Origin: Laetmonice hystrix
Lineage: Eukaryota
NCBI GenBank assembly: GCA_965235115.1
Contig: OZ249436.1
Coordinates: 25,856,001 to 25,920,000, forward strand
DNA: 64,000 nt
Direction: 5' to 3'
Position numbers and translations under genes: made by a program. Positions 26,596-37,885 of this stretch are shown here, in pieces. Below the pieces are notes generated by a model. That model was not told the DNA's origin. It did not search any database and saw only the letters and a list, made by a program, of their open reading frames with translations. Positions within the stretch are counted from its first letter, which is position 1. Each line of letters starts with the position of its first letter.

Positions 26596-28867
26596 TGTGA
26601 TATGAAAATTGGACCCCCCATATTATGGACCCCCGGTCCATATTTCATAGTGACATTTGGACCCCCCGGTCCATATTTCACTATGAAATATGGACTCGCC
26701 CCATGAAATATGGACCCCCTTCGATTTTTTGTTCATTTTATGGACAATGATCAACCAACCACAGGAAAGCATTATTGGGGTTGAGATGACAATGAGCAAG
26801 GCGTTGATTGTGGCACGTGCCTCAAGTTTGGTCAGCAGCTACCGCGCACCGTATACCTATACAATGGTCGTATGGTCAGTGGCGGATCTAAGGGTTGGGG
26901 GGGGGGGGGTTGCAAAATGGAGCCAAAAAACTAGACAACAGGCTAGCTGGGCGGCATGCTTCCAGACCCTTTTCGACACCTTCACTCAAACATCACCCCC
27001 GACCCTTCTGAAAGCTAGATCCGCCCCTGATGGCTCCATTAACATTACCGTTAACACAATTAAGTTCCATAACACCCACCTCTTGCACTAACGTTGAAGG
27101 TTCATAGGATAATCGAAAGCAATTTCTTGATGGTCATGTTAGTCGGAATATAGTCGGAATATAGATATGGAAGCCTCTCATTGGGGGGAATTTTCACTAG
27201 GTGACTATGCACCCCCCCCCCCCAATCTTTCAGTGAGCTGGTAGAAATATGGGTACCTCTCATTCTTCAGGGGGGGGGGTCCATATTACACTCTGAAATT
27301 TGGACCCCCCCCCCCCAATGTCTAGGTGACTATGGAACCCCTCCCTCCAATCTCTCAGTGAACTGGTATGAATATTGAACCCTCTCATTCTTGGGAGAGG
27401 GGTGTCCATATTACACTATGAAATATAGACCTCCCCCCCCCCCCAATCTCACAGTGAGCTGGTAGAAATATGGGTACTTTTTTACGGCATATATATTGCG
27501 CCGTGCAAATATTGTCGCCGGCGAACATTGGCATATTTTCTGGGGGGGGGGGTCCATATTACACTATGAAATTTGGACCCTCCCCCCAATTTCACAGTGA
27601 GCTGGTAGAAATATGGGTACCTCTCATTCTTCACGGGTGGGTGGGTGGGGGGGGGGGTCCATATTACACTATGAAATTTGGACCCACCCCCAATCTCTAG
27701 GTGACTATGGCCACCCCCTCCCCTAATCTCTCAGTGAGCTGGTATGAATATGGAACCCTCTCTCATTCTTCGGGGGGGGGGGCATATTACACTATGAAAT
27801 ATGGACACCCCCCCCCCCATCTCACTTATTATTGGGGTTGAGAGGACAATCAACGATTTTTATGGCGGATGCAATCGTGTCTACCTGTCACTTACTTGAT
27901 TATATATAAACTTAGTGTCATTTAGCGGGCAATTACAAAAGGGCCTAAAACAGTGATATAACTGGCATTGTGTTCTTAAACAAGTGAAGTGGCCTCCACC
28001 AAAGAGTGAAGTCCTTCTAGTCAGAAATTTGCTTTTCTTGCCAACAATTTTACCTCGATTGGTCAAAAGCCTCACTTATTATTGGGGGTCAAGAATTTAA
28101 CACACTGATCAAGTCGTTGATTGCGGCACGTGCCTCATGTTTGGTCAGGAGCTACCGTGCACTGTACCTATACACTGTACACACAATGGTCGTACGGCTC
28201 CGTTAACATCACTGTTAATACAAATTAGGTTCCATAACACTCACCGTGTCGTACGTGTTTTCGCAATACGATGTAATGTTGTACTCAACAGATGTGACTA
28301 CGAATGGTTTTTTTTAACGAAAATACATGAGGAGGAAACGTTTTTAGGATAGCCAAAAGCAAATATATATGGTGGACGGAAGCATTCGTGTCCCCTTGTC
28401 ACTTGGTATACTCCTTGGCACTCCGCGTCTCCTTGGTACTTGATTATGCTCATTGTCAAAATTGTCATTGTCCACATTCCGCTATTTAAATTCGACCCAC
28501 ATCCCGGAAAAATAGAGGGATAACTTCATATGCTACTCAAAGCTAGTAATATAGTATAGCTCCTTTAACACATTTATACTGTCTTTAATTCAGGACCCAG
28601 CTGCCATAAACAATGTTGGATGAGTGGTGGGAGTCCAGGCTTAGGGCATAATGTAGGCCTAAATCCTAGGCCTACTAATAAGCAACTTTTTTATGGAAAC
28701 TGACAGAAATGATTGTTTTGTATAATATTGCTAGTTTGGCAAGTCATTGTATATAAAATAGAGGCAAAACGGAGGGGGGTCCATATCGTATGGGGGGAGT
28801 CCATATTTCACTGTGAAATATGGACCGGGGGTCCATATATTATGGGGGGTCCATTTTGCATCTCACA
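26596..28867. mobile_element. Non-autonomous Ginger1-like DNA transposon in the LINE 3' UTR
   Basis: TGT...ACA termini; long imperfect TIRs (TGTGATATGAAAATTGGACCCCCCATA / TATGGGGGGTCCATTTTGCATCTCACA); CCGG TSD; removal rejoins the LINE 3' UTR. Confidence 0.75.
26877..27029. mobile_element. Small MITE nested in the Ginger-like element
   Basis: TIR CAGTGGCGGATCTA / TAGATCCGCCCCTG; ATGG(T/C) duplication; empty site in the internal duplicate near 28190. Confidence 0.65.
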
Positions 28868-29012
28868 CCGGCATCCGGGGCCATCTTCACGGCGAAAACA
28901 GGGTTAAAAGACCATGAAATGAAAGGAACCTATTTTATCCCGGGCCCCAACGGGAATATCATTAAAACACACTCCATCCTGTCAGCCCAACCAGGCTATC
29001 GACGAGCCTGAA

Positions 29013-30122
29013 CTATAAAAGAGTCAGAAGTCCAGCTTCTGACAAAAACTCTAAAATCACTCCTGGTCTGACATTGTTAAAAAGATCCTTAAGACTTGTC
29101 TCACTATAAAACCGTTGTCTGATCAGAGTAAAATCACCACACTCAAGTAAAACATGCTTCAGTGTCAAAGGACACTGACAGCCATGACACTCTGGAGGTG
29201 GCTCCCCCTTCAATAAAAACACGTGGGTTAATCTAGAATGACCAATCCTGCATCGAGTATAAACAATTTCATGCCTACGTTGGGTTAGGCCGTGAAGACA
29301 CCTTTGGTTCACGACAGGACTGATCTGATACAATTTATTTTTTGGTTGTTCATCCCATTCAGCCTGCCATTTGTTCTTAATGTAAGCCCAGATGGTAGGT
29401 CTGAGGTCAGAGGCTGGGATTGGACACAGTTCGACGTCTGTTTCAAGAGCCCTCTTGGCAGTTCTGTCAGCTTGCTCATTGCCCGGGATACCAACATGCC
29501 CAGGCACCCAGCAAAAGTGAATATCAAAGTTTGCATTGGCAAGCACTGCCAACTTGGACAAGATTTGAACGATCACTGGGTGATCTGTGTTCAAGTTAGC
29601 AAGTGCTTGCAGACAGGATAAGGAATCCGAGAAAATGAGGAAATCCTTTTCACTAGAAACTTCAATATTTTCAAGGGCAAGAAGCAGGGCCCGGGCCTCT
29701 GCTGAGAAGATGGAACTTTGCCCTGAGATGCGGGTGCCGAAGTTGTGCTTGCCATGAACTGCAGCCGCAGACACATCACTGCCATCCTTTGAGCCATCTG
29801 TATAGAAGGCATAATGTGAGGGATACTCCGCCTGGACGCCAAGAAAATGTTCAAAATATGTCAGGGGATGAGTCTCCGACTTCTTCAGTTGAGCCAACTG
29901 AAGAATGACGTCAGGCTTTTCCAGGTCCCAAGGAGGAATGTTGCAAAAATGTGTCTGCCCCAGGACGTTCAGATCAATATCCAGTTCCTCTAGATGAGGT
30001 TTCACCCTCAGTCCAAAAGGACGTATGTACGTTTCCTTTCTTTCATATAAATGTTGGAACCAAGGGTGAAAAACGCAATTGTAAGCTGGATTTGAACTGT
30101 TTGTCCCAAGCTTGACTGCATA
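29013..30122 (-). pseudogene. LINE ORF2 C-terminal part: RNase H and CCHC finger
   Basis: YTDGSK, SAEARA, FSDSLSCL, WVPGHVGIPGNEQAD, CHGCQCPLTLKHVLLEC. Confidence 0.9.
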
Positions 30123-31421
30123 CTAGTTTGGTATGGAGAAAAACCATCTCTCCTGTGAGGTATATTTTTACCTTGGGAGGCTGAGCTGTCAAAGTGACCA
30201 GCTAAAAATAACCAACAGGGCAGCTCAGCCGGCGGTGTAACCGGTCAGTCCCCACCTAACTAGGTCACTCATTAACATAAGCCGTTAATGCTTCTTTTTA
30301 AATTAATGTGTCCAAGGTTTTGTATCTTTTGTATCATTTAAATGATAAGATTGGTGTTAGTATGTTTTGTAGGCATTTCTATATTAGGAATATTCTGGTT
30401 TAATTTTTCAGATATGACTTTATAGAAAAAGGTGTGTTATAAAAGGTTTTTTCATAAATATTTAATTAGGTCACACCACATGGTGACCAGTATTTTTACC
30501 TTTGAATTATTTTTAGTGGTCAGCATCTTTATTTCATTTTAGCCACATGGTTTAATGTCTAACAAATAGGGAAGACCCTATCATGTCTTTACTAGAAAAA
30601 ACTATGTGTAATTTAATTTGTTCAGGGTGACAATTTCCCCAAACTCACGTTGCTTCCTGCTCTCTCAGGAGAAGCTATAAATACCACCCACATCTGGAGT
30701 TTCTCTCTCTCACGTGTTAGTCAGCCTGGATTCCACATCCTGTGGGGTCAGGCCACTGGACAGTTTATTCTACATTTTCAAATCGGATTCTTACTGTGCT
30801 TCAATGGACATCACTTGGACAATTCCCAGCAACATGGACAGTCTAAAGTGAACTCAACAAACGGGTGAACAATCTTTCATGGATTATATACGTGTTTCTG
30901 GATGTGTGTGTAACTCAAGGACTTGTACCCAGCCAGGAAACCATGGATTTTGTGCCCCACGTGGACTTCAGTTAATTTAATCATGCCACGTGCATTCTTT
31001 TTGGTGAGTGCATTTTTGTTGTGCTAGAGCCGGCAAGCCTACTGCTGTTCTTAACTTTTCTAACTGTATTTCGGCCATGGAGTGTCTGTGTCTACATCCT
31101 TGTACATTTCCGTCCACGTGCTTTGGCCTGGACGCCATTTTGTATTCTGGTGCCACACAGTTGGTTCCAGGTGCAATATTAGCTCACAACATGTCTTTTA
31201 AATAAAACCATTTACCCTGGATGTTCCATTTTAAACCATTTACCTTGTTATCTTTATAATATTCCCCGCTAGCTCTCCCTATTTTTCGTACCATCAATCG
31301 GTAAAATCTCAACAATTAAACTCCCCATCTCTAAATAACAAACCCCACTAAAGTACAAAAGTGGTGGAAATCCCTAAAACAATAAAACAACAACACAAAG
31401 AAAAAGACGGTACGAAACTAG
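30123..31421. mobile_element. Unclassified 1.3-kb insertion interrupting LINE ORF2
   Basis: Short TIR CTAGTTTGGTA / TACGAAACTAG; ORF2 homology stops at ...RRLKL and resumes at YAVKLG; no clean TSD. Confidence 0.65.
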
Positions 31422-33604
31422 CTTCAGACGCCTGTTGTCAAGCGATGGCTCTCGGGCCTCCACATACAGGCTCTGAACACGGGACGTTCTAAAAGCCCCA
31501 AGTGAAAGCCGCAAACCCTGGTGGTGAACCGTGTCCAAAAGCCGAATGTAAGACTTACAAGCAGAACCATAAACTATGCTACAGTAATCAAGCTTCGACC
31601 GGATTAAAGCTCTGTACAGTTGTAAAAGGACTGTACTGTCTGCCCCCCAGTTTGTGCCAGATAAAACCTTGAGAACATCCAGAGCCTTAAGGCATCTGGA
31701 TTTGAGTGATTTAATGTGAGGGATAAAAGACAGCTTGCTGTCAAAAGTGAGTCCCAGAAACTTTGTCTCCTTAACGACCTTGATAGGATCTCCATCCATT
31801 GTCAACTCAGGGTCAAGGTGGAAAGCACGCAGTTTGCAGAAATGCATGCAGACCGTTTTAGATTTTGAAAATTTAAAACCATTTTCCACCGACCAAGTGT
31901 GGATTCTGTTGAGACAGAGTTGGAGCTGCCTCTCAATGGCATTCATATTTTTGCCTCTGCAGCAGACGTCAAAGTCATCGACGAACAGGCTGCAGGGCAT
32001 GCCAGTTTTAACCGAGTTAACAATGCTGTTGATCTTAATACTAAAAAGGGTAACGGACAAAATGCTTGCAACTTGTTAAGGCTATTGGTCTGTAATTGTT
32101 AGCTTCACTATGGTCTTTTCCTGGTTTTGGGATGGGGATGATTATTGCTTCTTGCCAGGAAAGAGGTACATTACCAGATATCCAGATATTGTTGAAGATG
32201 TGAAGAAGAATGAGAAGGGTGGTGTCAGGTAGATGTTTTAAGAATTGGTAATGTATTTTGTCAGGTCCAACTGCAGTGTCATGTGATTTTTTAAGAGAGC
32301 ATCTTAGTTCTTTAATGGAAAAGAGTTGGTTATACTCTTCTGTGTTGTCAGAGTGGAAATTTAGTTTTTGTTTCTCTTTTCGAGCACGAATGGCTTGGAA
32401 TTGAGGGAGGCAGTTCCTGGAGGAGGAGTTTGTTTCAAAGGTTTTGGCCAGTTTATTTGCTATTTCATCTGTGGTGGTTAGTAGGGTGTCTTGGTGTTTT
32501 AAATGTTGGACTCCAGAACTACCTCCCTTGCCTTTCCGTATCATGCTCCAGACTTTTTTGATAGGAGTACGAGAGGTCAGGCTGGAGACATAGTCTCTCC
32601 AGCTCTACCTCCGTCTCTCTTTACAGATACGGCGTGCCCTTGCTCTTATGATTTTAAAGTTGGTAAGGTTCACTGCAGTTGGGTGCCTGTTAAAAAGGCG
32701 TTCTGCTTTCTTCCGGTCTTTAATTGCCTGTTTGCAGTCATCATTAAACCATGGATTTGAGACATGTTAGGAATTGTCGTGGTTTTAGGAACCGTCCTGT
32801 CTGCAATGGAGATAAAAGCGAGGTAAAATCATCCATTGCTTCAGGATCGTTAATGTTGTCTGCTCTGAATTCCTCCCGACAGAGGGCCTGGAAGGAGTGC
32901 CAGTCGGCTTTCTTAAGTTGCCACCTTTGTTGTTTTTCCCCAATGTCGGTCCTTATGGTAAGTATGGTGGGAAAGTGGTCACTCCCGCAAAGGTCATCCC
33001 AGACCCTCCAATAGAAATCCAGCAGCAGATCTGGTTCAGCTATTGCAAGGTCAATGGCTGTATAGGTTCCATGACCAGGATGTAGGTATGTGTTTGAACC
33101 ATCATTAAAAATGCATAGAGCATGATTATCAATGAACTCTTCAATCCTCTTGCCCTTGCCATCAGTTGTGGTGCCACCCCATAAGGGATTGTGGCCGTTA
33201 AAGTCTCCCAAAAGGAGATATGGGGATGGTAGTTGACCCACTAGATCATCAAGATCCTGTTGGGTCAAGACACTGTTTGGCGGAATATATATGGAACAGA
33301 TAGTGATGGCTTTATGCAGAGTTAGGCGAATGGCTATTGCTTGTAATGGTGTGTCTATTGTTACAGGGCTATGGATGAGGTCTTGTCGAACCAGAATGGC
33401 AGTGCCGCCAGCAGCACGGTCACCATCTGGTGCAAAACCAAAGAAAGTCTGATAGCCCTTAAATGAGACCTTGTCTCGGGCGGTAAGGAATGTTTCTTGT
33501 AAGCAAAAGGCAAAAGGGTTGAGGTTTTCTGCTAAAAGTCTGAGTTCATTAAAATTGGCTCTAAAGCCTCGACAATTCCACTGAAGGAAGCATTTGCCTG
33601 CCAT
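31422..33604 (-). pseudogene. LINE ORF2 N-terminal part: AP endonuclease and reverse transcriptase (frameshifts, internal deletion)
   Basis: LQWNCRG, CLQET, LLGDFNGH, GSDHFP; YRPIALTSC joined directly to ILSVTLF (middle of RT including PQG missing); FVDD; FLGLTFD. Confidence 0.9.
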
Positions 33605-35232
33605 CAAGGTGGTTTAACAGGCAAACGCCCCCTAGTTTTTATTTTGGGGAAAAGGCTGCGACTACGGCAAGATGTAGCGTCAGCCATTTCAACATCTTGA
33701 AGATGCTGAAACTTATTTGTGAGTGCTATTGCACTGTTGTTGGCGGCTGCCTTGGGCAGCCGATCTGTAATTATTTTCTTCTTTGGTTGATCTTTTTTGG
33801 GGGATGGTTCTTTGGTACTCTGTTGATCTTTTTTTGGAGATGGTTCTTTGGTACTCAGCCCAGCCTGTGGAGGAGGAACCGAGGTTGTCTGGCTCTGTGT
33901 TGAGACGGCTTTCTTAACCCTTTCGAGACGGGCCCCTTGTGGCCGAGACGTGCACTAGTGACGACGTAACAATTGCGTGAATGTGCCGTAAGGACGGGCC
34001 ATTCTGGGCGGCCACATGTGATAACGGATTGCCTTCCATGCTTCCAATCACTGTCATCCCCAGAAAAATGATCCATGTCTTAGACAAAAGTAGGGAATTG
34101 AGTCTAGAGTTGGTCTAGGTACAGCGCAGCTATACACAATGGGCTCTGACATAAGTCACATGATGCCTCAAGGCATCATCCGGCCCCCGCCCGGGAATGC
34201 CTCGGGGCATCATCCGGCCCCCGCCCGGGAATGCCTCGGGGCATCATCCGGCCCCCGTCGTTGACTTGAGATGGCAATCTTTGGTGGTTGACTCGTGCTG
34301 TCAGCAGGATCTGGGTAGGTCACCGGTTTATCTCCCTTGACCCACACCATCTCCGTTTGACAAGCGAAAGTCCGTGTGGTAGGCTTGGTGGCAGCAGCAT
34401 AGGTTTTAATGGTTGGTGGAAGCATATACTGCTCCACCAACTTGCGTGCCTCTGGAAAGCTGATCTTTCTTTCCATCTTTACCTTCAAAATTTCTTTTTC
34501 TTTTTTCCACACGGAACAGTCACGAGAAGTGGCAGAGTGGTCCTCCCCACAGTTTGCACATTTTGGGGGTTTTTGACGTTCCAGATGGCCAGTCTCAGCA
34601 CAGCGAGAACACTTCTGCTGATTCCGGCACGAGTCAGTCCCATGCCCAAACCTCTGGCATTTATAGCATCTCAGAGGGTTTGGGATATAGGCATCCACCT
34701 TTACTTTCAAAAAGCCAATCTCGAGTTCCACTGGTACAGTGGGCCTGTCGAAAGTGAGAAAATAAGTGTGTGTCTTTATGGTTTCACCATCTCGTTTCAC
34801 AATCAATCTTTTCACTTCCGACACACCTTGCCAGCTCAACCCAGCAAGGATCTCCTGTTCAGTTGTAGTGTCAAGAGAGTTTGTTCGAATCACACCCTTG
34901 CTTGAGTTGAGCGTCCGGTGACGAGAGGCCTTAATACTGTAACCTGCGAGTACTGTGGCACTCAACAGGTTCGCAGATTGGGCCCTCGTGGCACACTCTA
35001 CCAACAGTTGGCCAGATCTCAACCGTTTACAATCTTTGACTGTTCCAGCTATCCCCAATATGCCTTTATGTATGGCAAAAGGGGATAGCTTAGATGTTGG
35101 TCGTTCAGGTTCTGCCGATTCAACAATGATGAAACGAGGCCATTCAGTCAAAGGTTCGTTCTCCATAGACCGGTCCGAGTCAGAGTCCGTTAATTTCACT
35201 AGTTTTCGTTTGGGGGGATTGTTTGATGCCAT
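33604..35232 (-). pseudogene. LINE ORF1 (gag-like nucleic-acid-binding protein) interrupted by a MITE
   Basis: CYKCQRFGHGTDSC, CSRCAETGH, CANCGEDHSATSRDC; likely start MASNNPPKRK at 35232; TGATG stop/start overlap with ORF2 at 33602-33606. Confidence 0.85.
33918..34258. mobile_element. piggyBac-like MITE, copy 2 (inverted, one end eroded)
   Basis: TTAA-CCCTTTCGAGACGGG start; reverse complement of 24826-25214. Confidence 0.8.
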
Positions 35233-36577
35233 GGTTGTGTTAGAGTGTTTCACCAACCCTATTCCCCACCCTCCACGGAGCCCAACAAGGGGAAGTGCAG
35301 AGCTGCGGTAACCAGCAGTTGCAAACCAAGGATATAGGGTTGGTATACTCAAGCAATGGAAAGAAAGAGGGTGTTGCCATTACTCGATTGACCCTAAGCC
35401 ACCTAGGAATAAAGAAGAAATAGTTCTAGGAATAAAGAAGAAATAGTTACGATAGATGTTGCCTATTGTATTAGAGAATTAAATCCACTGTAAAGGGTAC
35501 TCAATACAAAAAATCCTAGGGCAAGGCGTGACCAGCCGATTGATTGGATCGGGCCTCTCCAACCTCCCGTCTAGGTGAAGTAGGAGCCAAAGCACCGTGT
35601 TGGACCTGTGAAAAGCCGCAGCGATTCACCGTCCTCAGGTACCAGGACCTCTTCCTCCACCGACACGGGTCGCGACTCACGGCAAACAAGTCGCCCCATT
35701 TATTCGCCTCTTACGAACAGCCAGGGGGGGCTGGGGAACATTCTTACCCCGGTCCCCACGGGGGGCCTCCCAGCAGGTGATTTGTGTATTCAGAGATGCC
35801 AACTGTCAGAGTGTAAAAATATTATTGTGAAGACTATACCCGTTAAAACTTACAATTCTGGCCATATTACCTTTCCAAAAAAAGAACTAAACAATCAGTA
35901 GTATACCTCAATCTATACATTTTGTAATTGTTGTATTTGTATATGGCTATCTTAAACAGGTTTAAGGTAGAGCCTGTCAACGTCAGATTACATTATTTCA
36001 TCATAAATAAAAAAGATATTGGTAAATTTATGAAAAGAAATATGCAAAGTGACCAATCGTCAATAGCAGCACATATCTAGTGACCAAATACACGATTCCT
36101 ATATGACTAAAGCAGTTTTAGAAAAAAATGTCAAAAGTGACAAACTTCAAAGTCACGTGGTTCGGCGAAAATAGGTCAAATCGCTAATCCCTGCAATCAT
36201 CTTGTGAACCTTTCGTTAGAGAGTGTTTCTGCCGAATATTGTCGAATTGTACCAAAAAATATAGAAGGAGAAGCAATTTAACCGATTTGTGACCAATGAC
36301 CCAGTTCACCCTAAGGTCAAAGGTCAAAGGTCAAATCAAGACTCAAATTGAGGCAGCACCTTTGGCTGATTATGAGGCCATGACGGGTTTTAAAAAAAAA
36401 TCCCAATATGAGCTTAAAAATGGCTTCAATTTTCATAATACGTTTGACGTCATCACGTCATGACGTGACGTCACATGACGTCAGGATTCGATGCCTGACT
36501 ATACTTTGTCATTGTCAAGATGTGTGCCAAATTTCATTTTGATATTTTGAAAATTGACTGAGATAGACATAAAAGTT

Positions 36578-36610
<33 letters not shown>

Positions 36611-37349
36611 AACGCCAAAAATAATACAGAAGACAAAACCACACAATTTCTAAATCCCATCCCCTCCGTAGGGGATGGGATAATAATAATAATACAGAAG
36701 ACGAAACCACACAATTTCAAAATCCCATCCCCTTCGTAGGGGATGGGATAATAACTAGCCCAACTGATTGCTAAAGCAATACAGGGATCCCTTCCCCTGA
36801 CGAGGAACAATGAAGCAATAATAAAAATAATGATAACGAGGCAATAGGTGTTGCTAGGCAACACCAGATCCCATTTCCCATTTATGTACATGACGTGCAC
36901 CTAGCCATGACGTGTACAACTACGTGACGTGTACCTAGCCATGAAGTGTACGTAGCCAAAACCAGACATGGCGATTAGTATGGCTATAACAATGGCACAA
37001 CAGGCATTGGTGTATTATGACGTCATTATGACGTTATACGTCACACGACGTCATAAGTCTTGGTGGCAACTAAAAGAGCATCTATGAGTTCCTATTCGGG
37101 TTCAATAGTAACTATGATCGTATCTAGCACCGTTTAGGAGTTACAGGCCTCTGAAAATCCTTAGAAAATGGCAATGACGTCATTATGACGTCATACATGA
37201 TGATAGGTCAAAAAGGCTGGTGGCATTCGAAAGAGCATATATGACTTCCTATTCATGTTCAATAGTAACCACGGCTCTATCTTACACCGTTTCAGAGTTA
37301 CCGCCATTTGTTTCTCAAAAATGGCTATGACCCAATTTCGATGTCACAT

Positions 37350-37837
37350 TGTAACGTGTTAAACGTGTTTTTAAAATAAAGTCTCACTACATGGCACAAC
37401 AGTTACCACTGGCCAACTTAACCGGACTCTCGACGGCCAGTGGAAATAGCAGCAGTCGACTCAGTGAGTGTTGAACCGAGAGTAACTTTATTCCTCCCCA
37501 AACTTTACCCATATACATCGTCTACATAGTATGGGCGTGTCCCGCCCGTGCGCATGCGTGGGGATTCATGGCACGGAGGGGGAGAGCCCGCCCCTCCTTA
37601 TAAGGCAAGGGGCGTGTCCACACGAGATGCACGGAGGCAACCTCATCCCTTCGTGAAATGTTTACTGCAATGGATAGTACATACCCTAATATATGCTACA
37701 CACAACGGAATATATGAAGAACCTAAATAAGGGGGTTATACCTTACATAAGTATGTATAAAGCAAATCTAAATAAAGCGATTATACCTTACATAACAATA
37801 TATGAAGTAAATCTAAATAAAGTGATTATACTTTACA
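37350..37837 (-). repeat. 3' LTR
   Basis: TGTAACG...CTTTACA, 488 bp; purine-rich tract AAGAGCGTGTGGGG immediately upstream on the minus strand. Confidence 0.95.
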
Positions 37838-37885
37838 TAACCCCACACGCTCTTTGTTAAAAACTCGCTTTTTAACACAGTAGGG

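Larger units (their letters stand above)
26557..35763 (-). mobile_element. Full-length disabled non-LTR retrotransposon, I group (Nimb/Ingi-like) with RNase H
   Basis: TSD GGCCTCCCAGCAGG (26543-26556, 35764-35777); (TCAC)n 3' tail; ORF1 with zinc knuckles; ORF2 APE-RT-RNase H-CCHC. Confidence 0.9.
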
